From: Chamaesiphon sp.
GTDB lineage: Bacteria; Cyanobacteriota; Cyanobacteriia; Cyanobacteriales; Chamaesiphonaceae
Reading direction: 5' to 3'
Assembly (NCBI GenBank): GCA_965246715.1
Contig: CBDFFH010000019.1
Location: 1 to 49,287, forward strand
Length of the DNA: 49,287 nucleotides
Part shown: one piece after another, positions 29,834 to 39,402 of the stretch
Numbering within the stretch: the stretch's first letter is position 1
Layout: the number at the start of each line of letters is the position of its first letter
Made by a program: the position numbers and the translations under genes
Notes under the pieces: model-generated
Seen by the model: only the letters and a program-made list of their open reading frames with translations
Told to the model about the DNA's origin: nothing
Databases searched by the model: none

Positions 29834-31765
29834 ATGCAAACTCCCCTAAACGTTTTGATTGTTGAAGACTCGGAAGATGATATGTTGTTGCTCGTCCGCG
29901 AACTCCGGCGTGGCGGCTACGATGTCGAGTATACGCGGGTAGAGACTCCCGCAACAATGCAAGCAGCACTCGATCGCCAATCCTGGGATATCGTCATTTC
30001 AGATTATACGATGCCCGCTTTTAATGCCTTTGAAGCCCTGAAAATCCTCCAGAACCGTAGCGATTTACCGTTTATCATCGTTTCCGGCACGATCGGTGAG
30101 GAAACTGCCGTAGCGGCCATGAAGGCTGGCGCTCAAGACTATATTCTCAAAGGCAATCTCACCCGGTTGGTACCCGCCGTGGAACGGGAATTACGCGAAG
30201 CCGAAGATCGCCAGCGGCGACATAGTGCCGAACAAGCCTTAGCACTCAGCGAAGATCGATTTAAAACCCTATGTGGAGCGGCTCCGCTGGGCATTTTTCA
30301 TTGCGATGCACAGGGCAAAAATGTCTATGTTAATCCGCTCTGGCAGCAAATATCGGGATTGTCGGCAGCAGAGAGTTTGGGTGAGGTGTGGCTCCAAGCC
30401 ATTCATCCCGAAGATTTCGAGCTTGCCAGCGAGTCTTGGCAAGCGACGCTCGCCCAGCAGCAAAGTTGGACGAGCGAACACCGACTCTTGACCCCACAAG
30501 GCGAAACCCGCTGGGTACGCACGCTAGTCAGTCCGATGTATTCGACGCAAGGGGAGTTTTTAGGGCATGTCGGTACAGTCGAGAATATTACCGAAAAAAA
30601 ACAATTAGAGACTCAATTTTTGCGCGCCCAACGGTTAGAGAGTTTGGGGACGATGGCGAGTGGCATCGCTCACGATTTGAATAACGTCTTGACCCCAATT
30701 ATGGGGATTGTCGAATTGTTACCCCTACAAATTTCCAATATCGACGAACAGACACAGATGTTATTGCAAATTCTCGACGAGAGCACGCAGCGCGGTGCCG
30801 GTTTAGTCAGACAAATTCTTTCATTTACGCGCGGCGTTGAGGGCAAACCTACGCATACCCAAGTCAGTCATTTATTGCGGGAAGTATATAACATCATCCA
30901 CCAAACTTTCCCCAAAAATATTCGACTCTCGACGGAGTTATCCCCAGATTTATGGGCGATCGTAGCAGATTCGACACTATTACATCAAGTATTTATGAAT
31001 CTTTGCGTCAATGCTCGCGATGCCATGCCCGATGGGGGTACATTGACGATCCGTGCGGAAAATCTGACGATCGACGAACACTATGCCAAGATGAATTTAG
31101 ACGCGATCGTCGGTGATTATGTCGCGATTACGATCGCGGATACGGGGACAGGGATCGTGCCAGAAATTCTCGATCGGATCTTCGATCCGTTCTTCACCAC
31201 CAAAGAAATCGGGAAAGGTACGGGATTGGGACTCGCTACCGTACTCGGTATCGTCAAAAGTCACCAGGGTTCGATCGACATTCACAGCGAAGTCGGCAAA
31301 GGTACCCAATTCAAAGTTTATTTGCCCGCAACCGCAACCACTCAAGTCGAGCAGTCGATCTCAAATGCTCAACCCCAGTTAGGACGGGGCGAACTCATCT
31401 TGGTGGTGGATGATGAAGTCGCCATCCAAGATATTACCAAAGCAACTCTCGCTGCATATAACTATAACGTTCTCACTGCCAGCGACGGCATCGAAGCGAT
31501 CGCGATGTACGCTCAGCACAAGGAAGAAATTAGCATCGTATTACTCGATTTGATGATGCCAGCCCTTGACTCTAGCACGCTAATTCGTACCCTTTTTCGC
31601 CTCGATCCACAGGTACGGATTATTGCGATGAGTGGCTTAGCAACCAATGAGTCGGTCAAGAAAACCATGAATGAGGGCGTTTGTGCCTTCTTAGCCAAAC
31701 CGTTTACAGCACCTGAATTGCTAAATTTGCTACAGCGGTTTTGTGTCGCTACCGATCGGAATTAG
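29834..31765 (+). CDS. Hybrid histidine kinase REC-PAS-HisKA-HATPase-REC
   Basis: IVEDS/ISDY; PAS YVNP..IHPED; AHDLNN; DTGTG, GTGLGL; C-terminal VVDDE/LDLMMP. Confidence 0.93.
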   Translation: MQTPLNVLIVEDSEDDMLLLVRELRRGGYDVEYTRVETPATMQAALDRQSWDIVISDYTMPAFNAFEALKILQNRSDLPFIIVSGTIGEETAVAAMKAGAQDYILKGNLTRLVPAVERELREAEDRQRRHSAEQALALSEDRFKTLCGAAPLGIFHCDAQGKNVYVNPLWQQISGLSAAESLGEVWLQAIHPEDFELASESWQATLAQQQSWTSEHRLLTPQGETRWVRTLVSPMYSTQGEFLGHVGTVENITEKKQLETQFLRAQRLESLGTMASGIAHDLNNVLTPIMGIVELLPLQISNIDEQTQMLLQILDESTQRGAGLVRQILSFTRGVEGKPTHTQVSHLLREVYNIIHQTFPKNIRLSTELSPDLWAIVADSTLLHQVFMNLCVNARDAMPDGGTLTIRAENLTIDEHYAKMNLDAIVGDYVAITIADTGTGIVPEILDRIFDPFFTTKEIGKGTGLGLATVLGIVKSHQGSIDIHSEVGKGTQFKVYLPATATTQVEQSISNAQPQLGRGELILVVDDEVAIQDITKATLAAYNYNVLTASDGIEAIAMYAQHKEEISIVLLDLMMPALDSSTLIRTLFRLDPQVRIIAMSGLATNESVKKTMNEGVCAFLAKPFTAPELLNLLQRFCVATDRN

Positions 31766-31919
31766 CAGATTTTGAGTATTGCCAAACTGTCGATCCAGCC
31801 TGCTAATAGCCAAATAATACAGCGAACTTCTCTGCTAAGTGTACTTTGTTTGGCTGTAGTCTCAACCGATCTGCGATATTGTAAGAAGATAAAAACTCCA
31901 CAAATCGACGCAATCTACA

Positions 31920-33206
31920 GTGGCACAAGTAGTTCTCGAAAATATCTTCAAAAGCTATACTCCTTCAACCTCTAAAGGGAAAAGTACTGCTGCGACCAAA
32001 GATCTCGCCGATCGAGAAAGCGTCCTCCGGCGGATTAATTTGACCGTGAAGGACGGTGAATTTATGGTATTGGTGGGAGCATCAGGCTGTGGCAAGAGTA
32101 CCCTGCTGAGGCTGATTGCTGGCTTAGAGACGCTAACTGCTGGGAACATCACGGTGGGCACTACACTAGTTAACGATTTGCCACCCAAGGAACGTGATAT
32201 CGCGATGGTGTTCCAGAGCTACGCGCTGTATCCACACATGCGAGTGTATGACAATATTGCTTTTGGCTTGCGGCGCAGTGAATCTTTCTTGGCATCAAAT
32301 CCCGCACCAAACAAGGGTGGTTTACCACCACAGCTAGAAAACTTTTTGGTAGAAATCAGTCGAGGTTTCCCACGCGGCTTACGATACATTACGCCACGGG
32401 AAAAAGCGATCGGGCAAAAAGTCCACCGCGTAGCAGAAATGCTCCAAATCGAAGGTTTATTAAATCGATTTCCCAAACAACTCTCTGGCGGGCAAAAACA
32501 GCGTGTAGCACTAGGTCGCGCGATCGCCAGAGATGCCCAAGTCTTCCTGATGGACGAACCTTTATCCAATCTCGATGCCAAATTACGTGCCGAAACTCGC
32601 ACCCAAATCGTTAAATTACAACGGCAATTAGGTACGACGACGATCTATGTCACCCACGATCAAACCGAAGCGATGACAATGGGCGATCGCATTGCCGTAA
32701 TGAATAAAGGTCAAATTCAACAAGTCGCGACTCCCCTCGAAATCTATAACCATCCAACCAATATTTTTGTCGCTCAATTCATCGGTTCGCCGCCCATGAA
32801 CTTGATTCCCGTTCGCGTCAAACAACCGCATTCAATTGAAAATAACCAATTTCGAGTTACGTTATCCGAAGAGTGGGAATCAACATTAGCTGAGTATACC
32901 GATCGATCTTTATTACTCGGCATCCGTCCCGAACATCTTACATTAGGTTTACCCGCCACCAAAAATTTTCATGGCTTCATCGAAACAGTCGAAGCCTTGG
33001 GTAACGATACCTATATTGCCGTTAGAGTTGGCGAGTTGGATCTATCTAGTGAGGGTAATACCTCAAAAGAACTAATTCTTCAGGTGCGAGTTTCACCCGA
33101 TAAAGAAGTTAAAATCGGCGAAGAAGTCTGGCTATCAGTCGCTACCGATAAGATTCATATCTTCGATCGAGAAACCACTTTAGCACTGAGTATTCGATCC
33201 TTCTAG
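31920..33206 (+). CDS. Sugar ABC transporter ATP-binding protein (MalK/UgpC family)
   Basis: GASGCGKST, VFQSYALYPHM, LSGGQKQR, DEPLSNLD, TOBE tail. Confidence 0.93.
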   Translation: MAQVVLENIFKSYTPSTSKGKSTAATKDLADRESVLRRINLTVKDGEFMVLVGASGCGKSTLLRLIAGLETLTAGNITVGTTLVNDLPPKERDIAMVFQSYALYPHMRVYDNIAFGLRRSESFLASNPAPNKGGLPPQLENFLVEISRGFPRGLRYITPREKAIGQKVHRVAEMLQIEGLLNRFPKQLSGGQKQRVALGRAIARDAQVFLMDEPLSNLDAKLRAETRTQIVKLQRQLGTTTIYVTHDQTEAMTMGDRIAVMNKGQIQQVATPLEIYNHPTNIFVAQFIGSPPMNLIPVRVKQPHSIENNQFRVTLSEEWESTLAEYTDRSLLLGIRPEHLTLGLPATKNFHGFIETVEALGNDTYIAVRVGELDLSSEGNTSKELILQVRVSPDKEVKIGEEVWLSVATDKIHIFDRETTLALSIRSF

Positions 33207-33227
33207 AGCTGATATCGATTCTTTATT

Positions 33228-33384
33228 TAACCCAAGTTGCTACCTACAACTCCAGCGGTTAAAACCGCTGCTCGGAATGCAAAGTCCGCCTTCGCGGACT
33301 AATAAATTCAGTCCGCGAAGGCGGACTTTGCAACATTAGCCGCGACTTTAGTCGCAGGCAATAAGTATGTAGCAACTTGGGTTA
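33228..33384. mobile_element. MITE-like element with internal long palindrome
   Basis: IRs TAACCCAAGTTGCTAC / GTAGCAACTTGGGTTA; inner GCAAAGTCCGCCTTCGCGGACT...AGTCCGCGAAGGCGGACTTTGC; TATTTA on both flanks. Confidence 0.75.
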
Positions 33385-33487
33385 TTTACGATCGGGAGTG
33401 CTATTCTCTAACGTTCCCACCCTCAACACGGAACTTTCCCCCAGCTCGTCTAGTCAAAATAGTCAGGTGCTATAACGCAAATCGGCT

Positions 33488-33540
33488 ATCTGAGTTTGAC
33501 TGTCTCCTTTTGGTGATGAGATAGATGACTCAGATTTTTT
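33488..33540 (+). terminator. Intrinsic terminator, possibly ending a small RNA
   Basis: ATCTGAGT..CTGTCTC..GAGATAG..ACTCAGAT followed by TTTTT. Confidence 0.55.
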
Positions 33541-33556
33541 ATTGGCTGAGTGTAAT

Positions 33557-33855
33557 TAACCTCAGTTCGGGTTAAGGATTTCCCTTTTAGACCATTCTTG
33601 GACTGGTGCTTAGTTTTAAGTTACTGGTGAAGTGGAACCCGGATCTGGGGGTTCCGACCCCCAGACCCCCCGTTGAGGAGCGGAGTGCAGCCCCTCAAAC
33701 TCCCCTGCACAAGGGTTAGTTAGTTTGCAGCGTAACGCGCTCCGCATTAGCTCCGCAATGGGAATCGATCTGTGGGTTGGGGGTTATTGTTTGGGGCGGT
33801 GCTGAAACGAAGCCAGGAGTCGTTAATCGAAAATCCTTATCCCGAACTAACGTTA
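33557..33855. mobile_element. ~300-bp MITE with AGTTCGGG-type ends
   Basis: TAACCTCAGTTCGGGTTAAGGATTT / AAATCCTTATCCCGAACTAACGTTA; similar end remnants near 1969-1986 and 10357. Confidence 0.75.
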
Positions 33856-34027
33856 ATTATCAGATCCGATCGGTATCGAACGGCGCACCAGTCGCTTAGC
33901 GAATAAATTCGCGGCTACGCACACTGGTTGACTGTCAACCATAGTAAATTTATACCGATTTAAAAATAAGGGTGACAGATAGGTTAGCAGACTTCATCTA
34001 CAGCAAGGCTTTCTCAATCCAAAATCC

Positions 34028-34077
34028 TGTCTTGACCCAAACACATGCGGAGGGAACCTCCGCGTGATTTGGGTCGC
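34028..34077 (-). repeat. 50-nt GCG...CAAGACA hairpin element inserted in an (AAAATCC)n tandem repeat
   Basis: Minus strand GCG ACCCAAA TCAC GCGGAGG TTC CCTCCGC ATGTG TTTGGGT CAAGACA; removal restores AATCC AAAATCC AAAATCC AAAATCC AAAAT. Confidence 0.85.
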
Positions 34078-34188
34078 AAAATCCAAAATCCAAAATGGTA
34101 TTATTTGCCAGACATCTACATCTCAAATTTGCTGTCGATCGCGAGTTCCGGTATATTTGAGCAACTTCTCCACTGCAACATCCCGATC

Positions 34189-35514
34189 GTGACCGACACA
34201 TCTTCTGCTATTGATACACTCCTCGCACCATTTCATCAATTCGGCGTAAATTTAGGACTCAGCCGCATCCAGACATTACTCGCCGCACTCGGTTCGCCGC
34301 ATACCTCCGTCCCGATAATCCATGTAGCAGGGACGAATGGCAAAGGTTCGGTATGTGCCTATCTCTCAAGCATTTTGAGTGCCGCTGGTTATCAAGTCGG
34401 TCGCTATACATCGCCGCACTTAGTAGACTGGAACGAACGGATTTGTATTAACGGCGAGCCGATTGGTACAGAGGTTGCGGTGAGTATCCTCGATCGAGTA
34501 ATATCCGCGATCGATCCTACACAACCGACCCCGACTCAGTTTGAAATCGTCACCGCTGCGATGTGGTTGTATTTTGCCGAGTCAGGGATGGATATTGCCG
34601 TCATTGAAGTCGGCTTGGGTGGGAGATTGGATGCTACGAATGTGTGCGATCGACCCTTAGCCACCATTATCACCTCGATCTCGCTCGAACACTGGCAACA
34701 ACTCGGCGATACGCTCGCCAAAATTGCTGGTGAAAAAGCTGGAATTCTCAAACCCCACTGTCCCGCAATTATCGGCACTCTCCCACCAGAAGCAACAACC
34801 GTAGTCAAAGAGCGGATCGCCACTTTAAACTGCCCCGCAATCTGGGTTAAACCCGCCGTCAAGATATCTCTACCCAAATTCACTGCCGAATCATCATCAC
34901 ATCTGTCCTGGGCAGAATTTGAAGGTATTGAGTATCCACTCGCTTTATTAGGTAAGATGCAATTAACCAATTCCGCGATCGCGATCGCTACAATTGAGAT
35001 CTTACGCCAAGCTGGATGGCAAATTAGCGATGATGAGATCGGCGCGGGGATGTTAAATACTCGCTGGTTGGGACGCATCCAAGCAACTACTTGGCAAGGG
35101 CATGGATTAATCATCGATGGCGCTCACAATACCGCTGCCGCGATCGCCTTGCGAGAATATATCGATACCTTAAATGCACCAATTAGCTGGGTAATCGGAA
35201 TGCTCTCGACTAAAGCACATCGAGAAATATTCCAAGCTTTACTCAGATCTGGCGATCGATTGTACCTCGTCCCCGTCCCCGGACACAGTTCTGCCGAGCC
35301 AAAGGCACTAGCAGATTTAGCTCGATCGATCTGTCCCGATCTAAAGTCACTAAATACTCATACAGATTTAACCGCTGGCTTAACAGCCGCCGCAACTACC
35401 AACAACACGCATCAGCTAGTTCTGTGCGGCTCTCTGTACCTATTAGGACACTTTCTGAAACTGGAGCAATCGGGCTTAGATAACGACGGCATGGCGATCG
35501 TAACTGCGAGCTAG
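34189..35514 (+). CDS. folC: Bifunctional folylpolyglutamate/dihydrofolate synthase
   Basis: HVAGTNGKGS, YTSPHL, EVGLGGRLDATN, DGAHN, GSLYLLG; GTG 34189 preferred over 34045, which lies within a repeat. Confidence 0.95.
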   Translation: MTDTSSAIDTLLAPFHQFGVNLGLSRIQTLLAALGSPHTSVPIIHVAGTNGKGSVCAYLSSILSAAGYQVGRYTSPHLVDWNERICINGEPIGTEVAVSILDRVISAIDPTQPTPTQFEIVTAAMWLYFAESGMDIAVIEVGLGGRLDATNVCDRPLATIITSISLEHWQQLGDTLAKIAGEKAGILKPHCPAIIGTLPPEATTVVKERIATLNCPAIWVKPAVKISLPKFTAESSSHLSWAEFEGIEYPLALLGKMQLTNSAIAIATIEILRQAGWQISDDEIGAGMLNTRWLGRIQATTWQGHGLIIDGAHNTAAAIALREYIDTLNAPISWVIGMLSTKAHREIFQALLRSGDRLYLVPVPGHSSAEPKALADLARSICPDLKSLNTHTDLTAGLTAAATTNNTHQLVLCGSLYLLGHFLKLEQSGLDNDGMAIVTAS

Positions 35515-35554
35515 ATCCAAAATTTAGCACTAATATCGATGAATTAAAGCGATT

Positions 35555-36565
35555 ATGAATGAATTATCAGAAAACTCGATCTGTCGTCATACATTCGATG
35601 CCCAAAATCTCATTAATTCTCATCCACCTAAGCTAAAGAATGCGAATAAAAAGATTGTTTATCAAATTGCTTGTCCACCCAAATCTATTCATAATGGTCG
35701 GTTGACATTTTCACGATGGCGAGAAATACCGTTATCACAGAACGATCTGTCTATGAATTATGAAACAGCATTCGAGGAACGAAAAGGTTACTTTGGATAT
35801 GAGTCATCAGGACAAAATAATAACCAAGTTGAGTGGTACCTAAATTTCGCCCATGCCGATCTTTTTTGTGCTTATGGATTTGCAGTATTCGCTCAAGATG
35901 AAATCCAAGTTGCCGAACACCCAGCACTTGCCTCGCTACGAGAAGCATTACTCAGTGCCAAGATCGAACCGTTAACTGTCGAGAATGGAATGCCAACACC
36001 CATTACCATCCGAGGTGTAGAACGACGTTGTACGATCGCAACTGAGATCGATCCCGAACAGGGACGACCTTTGGGACTTTATGGTAATAACTTTGCACGG
36101 GCTACCGCTGAGGCGATCGAATTAGCTGTCCAACCGATCGATCCACCGACGTTGACGAATATAATTGCAATGGAAGCTCCTGCTGGAGGCTATGGCTCTT
36201 ATCGATACGATGAAATCGAGTATGTTTTAACAACCGCAGTTACTGGGTTTACAGCAGCCAAAATCGAGTCTCGGTTAGAATGTGAAGCACCCATTGTTAC
36301 CATTCATACTGGTTTCTGGGGCTGTGGCGCTTACGGCGGTAATCGAGTGCTGATGGCGCTGTTACAACTGTTAGCAGCTCGGCTGGCACAGATCGATCGG
36401 TTGATATTCCACACTGGCGATCTGGCAGGATCTCAAGCGCTAGCAACGGCTCACAAAATTCTAGAGCGAGATTTTGCAACTGGTAGCTTTTGTCTTGAAG
36501 TAGCCAATCTACTGGCAAAAATTGAAGCAATGAAATTTCATTGGGGTGTTGGCGATGGGAATTAG
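35555..36565 (+). CDS. Poly(ADP-ribose) glycohydrolase-like macrodomain protein (canonical PARG type)
   Basis: LNFAH (cf. DFAN), AQDEIQVAEHPAL (cf. QEEI..PEL), IIAMEA, HTGFWGCGAYGGN (cf. TGNWGCGAFGG), LLQLLAA. Confidence 0.75.
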   Translation: MNELSENSICRHTFDAQNLINSHPPKLKNANKKIVYQIACPPKSIHNGRLTFSRWREIPLSQNDLSMNYETAFEERKGYFGYESSGQNNNQVEWYLNFAHADLFCAYGFAVFAQDEIQVAEHPALASLREALLSAKIEPLTVENGMPTPITIRGVERRCTIATEIDPEQGRPLGLYGNNFARATAEAIELAVQPIDPPTLTNIIAMEAPAGGYGSYRYDEIEYVLTTAVTGFTAAKIESRLECEAPIVTIHTGFWGCGAYGGNRVLMALLQLLAARLAQIDRLIFHTGDLAGSQALATAHKILERDFATGSFCLEVANLLAKIEAMKFHWGVGDGN

Positions 36566-36705
36566 CGACTCGAATTCGCGACTGACACGATTGTAGAATT
36601 AAGATCCCGAAGGCAGCTATGTTGCCAGCGCATTAGCGGAATCTATCGGAATATGACTTCAGTTTTTTACACACTTTAAGACCCGCTAATATTATCATCT
36701 CAGCC

Positions 36706-39369
36706 ATGCACCTCATCATCCCCGAACTCTCACTCGTCATCCTCATTGGTGCCTCTGGTTGTGGCAAATCTACCTTCGCCCGCAAATACTTCAAAGAGAC
36801 TGAAATCCTCTCCTCCGACCACTATCGTGGTGTCGTCAGCGACGACGAGACCGACCAGAGTGCCTCCAAAGATGCCTTTGAAGTTTTGCATTATATCGCT
36901 GCCAAACGCCTCGCAGCGGGCAGATTAACCGTCATCGATGCAACCAACGTTCAGCCGGAAGATCGCAAAAAGCTGATTCAGATTGCCAAACAGTATCATG
37001 TCTTCCCGATCGCGATTGCCTTCAATCTCCCCGAACAACTTTGTCACGAACGTAATACCCAAAGACCCGATCGCAATTTTGGCCCCCATGTAGTCAAGCG
37101 CCATACTCAAACCATGCGCCGTTCGTTGAAAAGTCTGCACAAGGAAGGCTTTCATCGTAACTATATTCTCAACTCTGTCGAACAAATCGAGCAGGTTGAG
37201 ATCGATCGTCAACCACTATGGAATAATCTCCAGCAAGAACACGGCCCCTTTGACATCATCGGTGATGTCCACGGCTGTTGCGACGAGCTAGAACAATTAC
37301 TCGAACAACTCGGCTACCAATTAAGCTCCTCCACTCTTATTCCCCTCCAAGGAGCGAAAAGTGCAGTCTTGGGGTTTCCCCAAGTGGAGCACCTTTTCAA
37401 GACAGGGGTGCCCGATAGGGTGGGGTGGGTCGGGTCTGGAGGATCTCACTATAGCCACCCAGAAGGGCGCAAAGTCATCTTCCTTGGCGATTTGGTCGAT
37501 CGTGGTCCCAGAATTCTCGATACAATTGCCCTAGTCCAAAACATGATAAAAGCTGGACAAGCATTTTGCGTCGTCGGCAATCACGATGACAAATTGCTAC
37601 GCCAGATTCAGGGTAAAAATGTCAAAATTAACCATGGATTGGAAAATTCGATCGCGGAAATCGAAGAATTACCCACCGAAACCAAAGCAGATACCACAAA
37701 AGATATCCAAGGCTTTTTAGAATCCCTCATCAGTCATTACGTCCTCGATGACGGTAAATTAGTCGTAGCTCACGCCGGATTGAAACAAGAACTTCAAGGA
37801 CGCGGCTCCGGTGCCGTGCGTGCCTTTGCCATATATGGCGAAACCACTGGCGAAATCGACGAATTTGGCTTACCTGTCCGCCATAATTGGGCGGCGGAAT
37901 ATCGCGGTCAAGCGATGGTAGTCTACGGACATACCCCCGTCCCCGAACCTATCTGGCTGAATAACACGATCGATCTCGATACCGGCTGCGTCTTTGGTGG
38001 CAAACTCACCGCCCTCCGCTACCCCGAACGCGAACTAGTCAGCGTTTCCGCTGCCAAAGTATACTGCGAGCCAATTAGACCACTTATCGACACTAGCACT
38101 AGCCTCTCCGCCCAACAAGATCTCGACGATCTGCTCGATTTAGAAGATGTCTTGGGCAAACGTCGCATCGAGACCCGATTGCAGCCCAATATTACCATCC
38201 GCGAAGAAAACGCGATCGCAGCATTAGAAGCGATGAGTCGGTTCGCTGCTAATCCTAAGTGGCTGATCTATCTTCCCCCTACGATGTCTCCCGTCGCCAC
38301 CAGCAACGTACCAGGGTTTTTGGAGTACCCAACTGAAGCGTTGAGTTTCTACAAGTCACAGGACGTTACAGAGGTCGTCTGTGAAGAGAAACACATGGGT
38401 TCGCGGGCGATTGTTATTGTCTGTCAGAGTGAAGCGGTCGCCGAGCGCAGATTTGGTGTATCGGGTGAGGGGATTGGGATTTGTTATACGCGGACAGGGC
38501 GGAAATTTTTTAATGATGATACGTTAGAAACAGCATTTCTCGATCGCATTCACCAAGCCTTAACTAATAGTAACTTCTGGCAAGAATTAGCAACTGATTG
38601 GGTTTGTTTGGACTGCGAATTGATGCCGTGGTCTGCTAAAGCGCAAGAGTTAATCCGTCAACAATATGCACCTGTTGGGATTGCCTCGCGGGTGACATTA
38701 TCAAAATCGATCGCATTACTCACACAAGCTCGATTCAGAGGTGTCGATGTTAGCGATAGTGTCGAAAAATATCAGACTCGCGATCGACTTGCCGAAGATT
38801 ATACCGCAGCATATCGTCGCTATTGTTGGACGGTAAATAGTCTTGACGACCTCAAGCTGGCTCCATTTCATATCCTCGCTACCGAAGGTAAAGTTCACAC
38901 CGATAAAACTCACCTCTGGCATATTCAACAAATCTCTAAGTTTAGTCAATCCGATCCCAAATTACTGCTGGCAACTAATTATCGAGTAATTAATCTTGAA
39001 GATAGCCAGCAGATCGATCTCGCTGTCGATTGGTGGCTAGACATGACTAAACAAGGCGGTGAAGGGATGGTTGTCAAACCGATGAATTTCATCGTCAAAG
39101 GTAGTAAAGGAGTCCTCCAACCCGCAGTTAAATGTCGGGGACAGGAGTATCTACGAATTATTTATGGTGCTGAATATACGTTACCAGATAATCTAGACAG
39201 GCTTCGCAAACGCGGTTTATCACTCAAGCGATCGTTAGCAAGTCGCGAATTTGCACTCGGAATTGAAGCTTTACAAAGATTTGTCGATCGCGAGCCGTTG
39301 CGACGGATTCATGAGTGCGTGTTTGCAATTTTAGCTTTAGAAAGTCAACCGATCGATCCACGCTTGTGA
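36706..39369 (+). CDS. pnkp: Bacterial polynucleotide kinase-phosphatase-ligase Pnkp
   Basis: Kinase GASGCGKST/DATN; metallophosphoesterase GDVHG, GDLVDRG, GNHD, GHTP, DTGC; ligase EEKHMGS, EGMVVKP, KCRG, DPRL end. Confidence 0.95.
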   Translation: MHLIIPELSLVILIGASGCGKSTFARKYFKETEILSSDHYRGVVSDDETDQSASKDAFEVLHYIAAKRLAAGRLTVIDATNVQPEDRKKLIQIAKQYHVFPIAIAFNLPEQLCHERNTQRPDRNFGPHVVKRHTQTMRRSLKSLHKEGFHRNYILNSVEQIEQVEIDRQPLWNNLQQEHGPFDIIGDVHGCCDELEQLLEQLGYQLSSSTLIPLQGAKSAVLGFPQVEHLFKTGVPDRVGWVGSGGSHYSHPEGRKVIFLGDLVDRGPRILDTIALVQNMIKAGQAFCVVGNHDDKLLRQIQGKNVKINHGLENSIAEIEELPTETKADTTKDIQGFLESLISHYVLDDGKLVVAHAGLKQELQGRGSGAVRAFAIYGETTGEIDEFGLPVRHNWAAEYRGQAMVVYGHTPVPEPIWLNNTIDLDTGCVFGGKLTALRYPERELVSVSAAKVYCEPIRPLIDTSTSLSAQQDLDDLLDLEDVLGKRRIETRLQPNITIREENAIAALEAMSRFAANPKWLIYLPPTMSPVATSNVPGFLEYPTEALSFYKSQDVTEVVCEEKHMGSRAIVIVCQSEAVAERRFGVSGEGIGICYTRTGRKFFNDDTLETAFLDRIHQALTNSNFWQELATDWVCLDCELMPWSAKAQELIRQQYAPVGIASRVTLSKSIALLTQARFRGVDVSDSVEKYQTRDRLAEDYTAAYRRYCWTVNSLDDLKLAPFHILATEGKVHTDKTHLWHIQQISKFSQSDPKLLLATNYRVINLEDSQQIDLAVDWWLDMTKQGGEGMVVKPMNFIVKGSKGVLQPAVKCRGQEYLRIIYGAEYTLPDNLDRLRKRGLSLKRSLASREFALGIEALQRFVDREPLRRIHECVFAILALESQPIDPRL
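37354..37404 (+). repeat. 51-nt GCG...CAAGACA hairpin element inserted in frame in pnkp
   Basis: GCG AAAAGTGC AGT CTTGGGG TTT CCCCAAG TGGA GCACCTTTT CAAGACA; removal restores hairpin CCCCTCC AA GGAGGGG. Confidence 0.8.
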
Positions 39370-39402
39370 TCGAACTAAATAAATTACTAGGCTAACGAGA
39401 TA

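Noticed and set aside
34045..34188. N-terminal extension of FolC
   Set aside because: The ATG lies inside the 50-nt element/STRR; FolC similarity begins near GTG 34189
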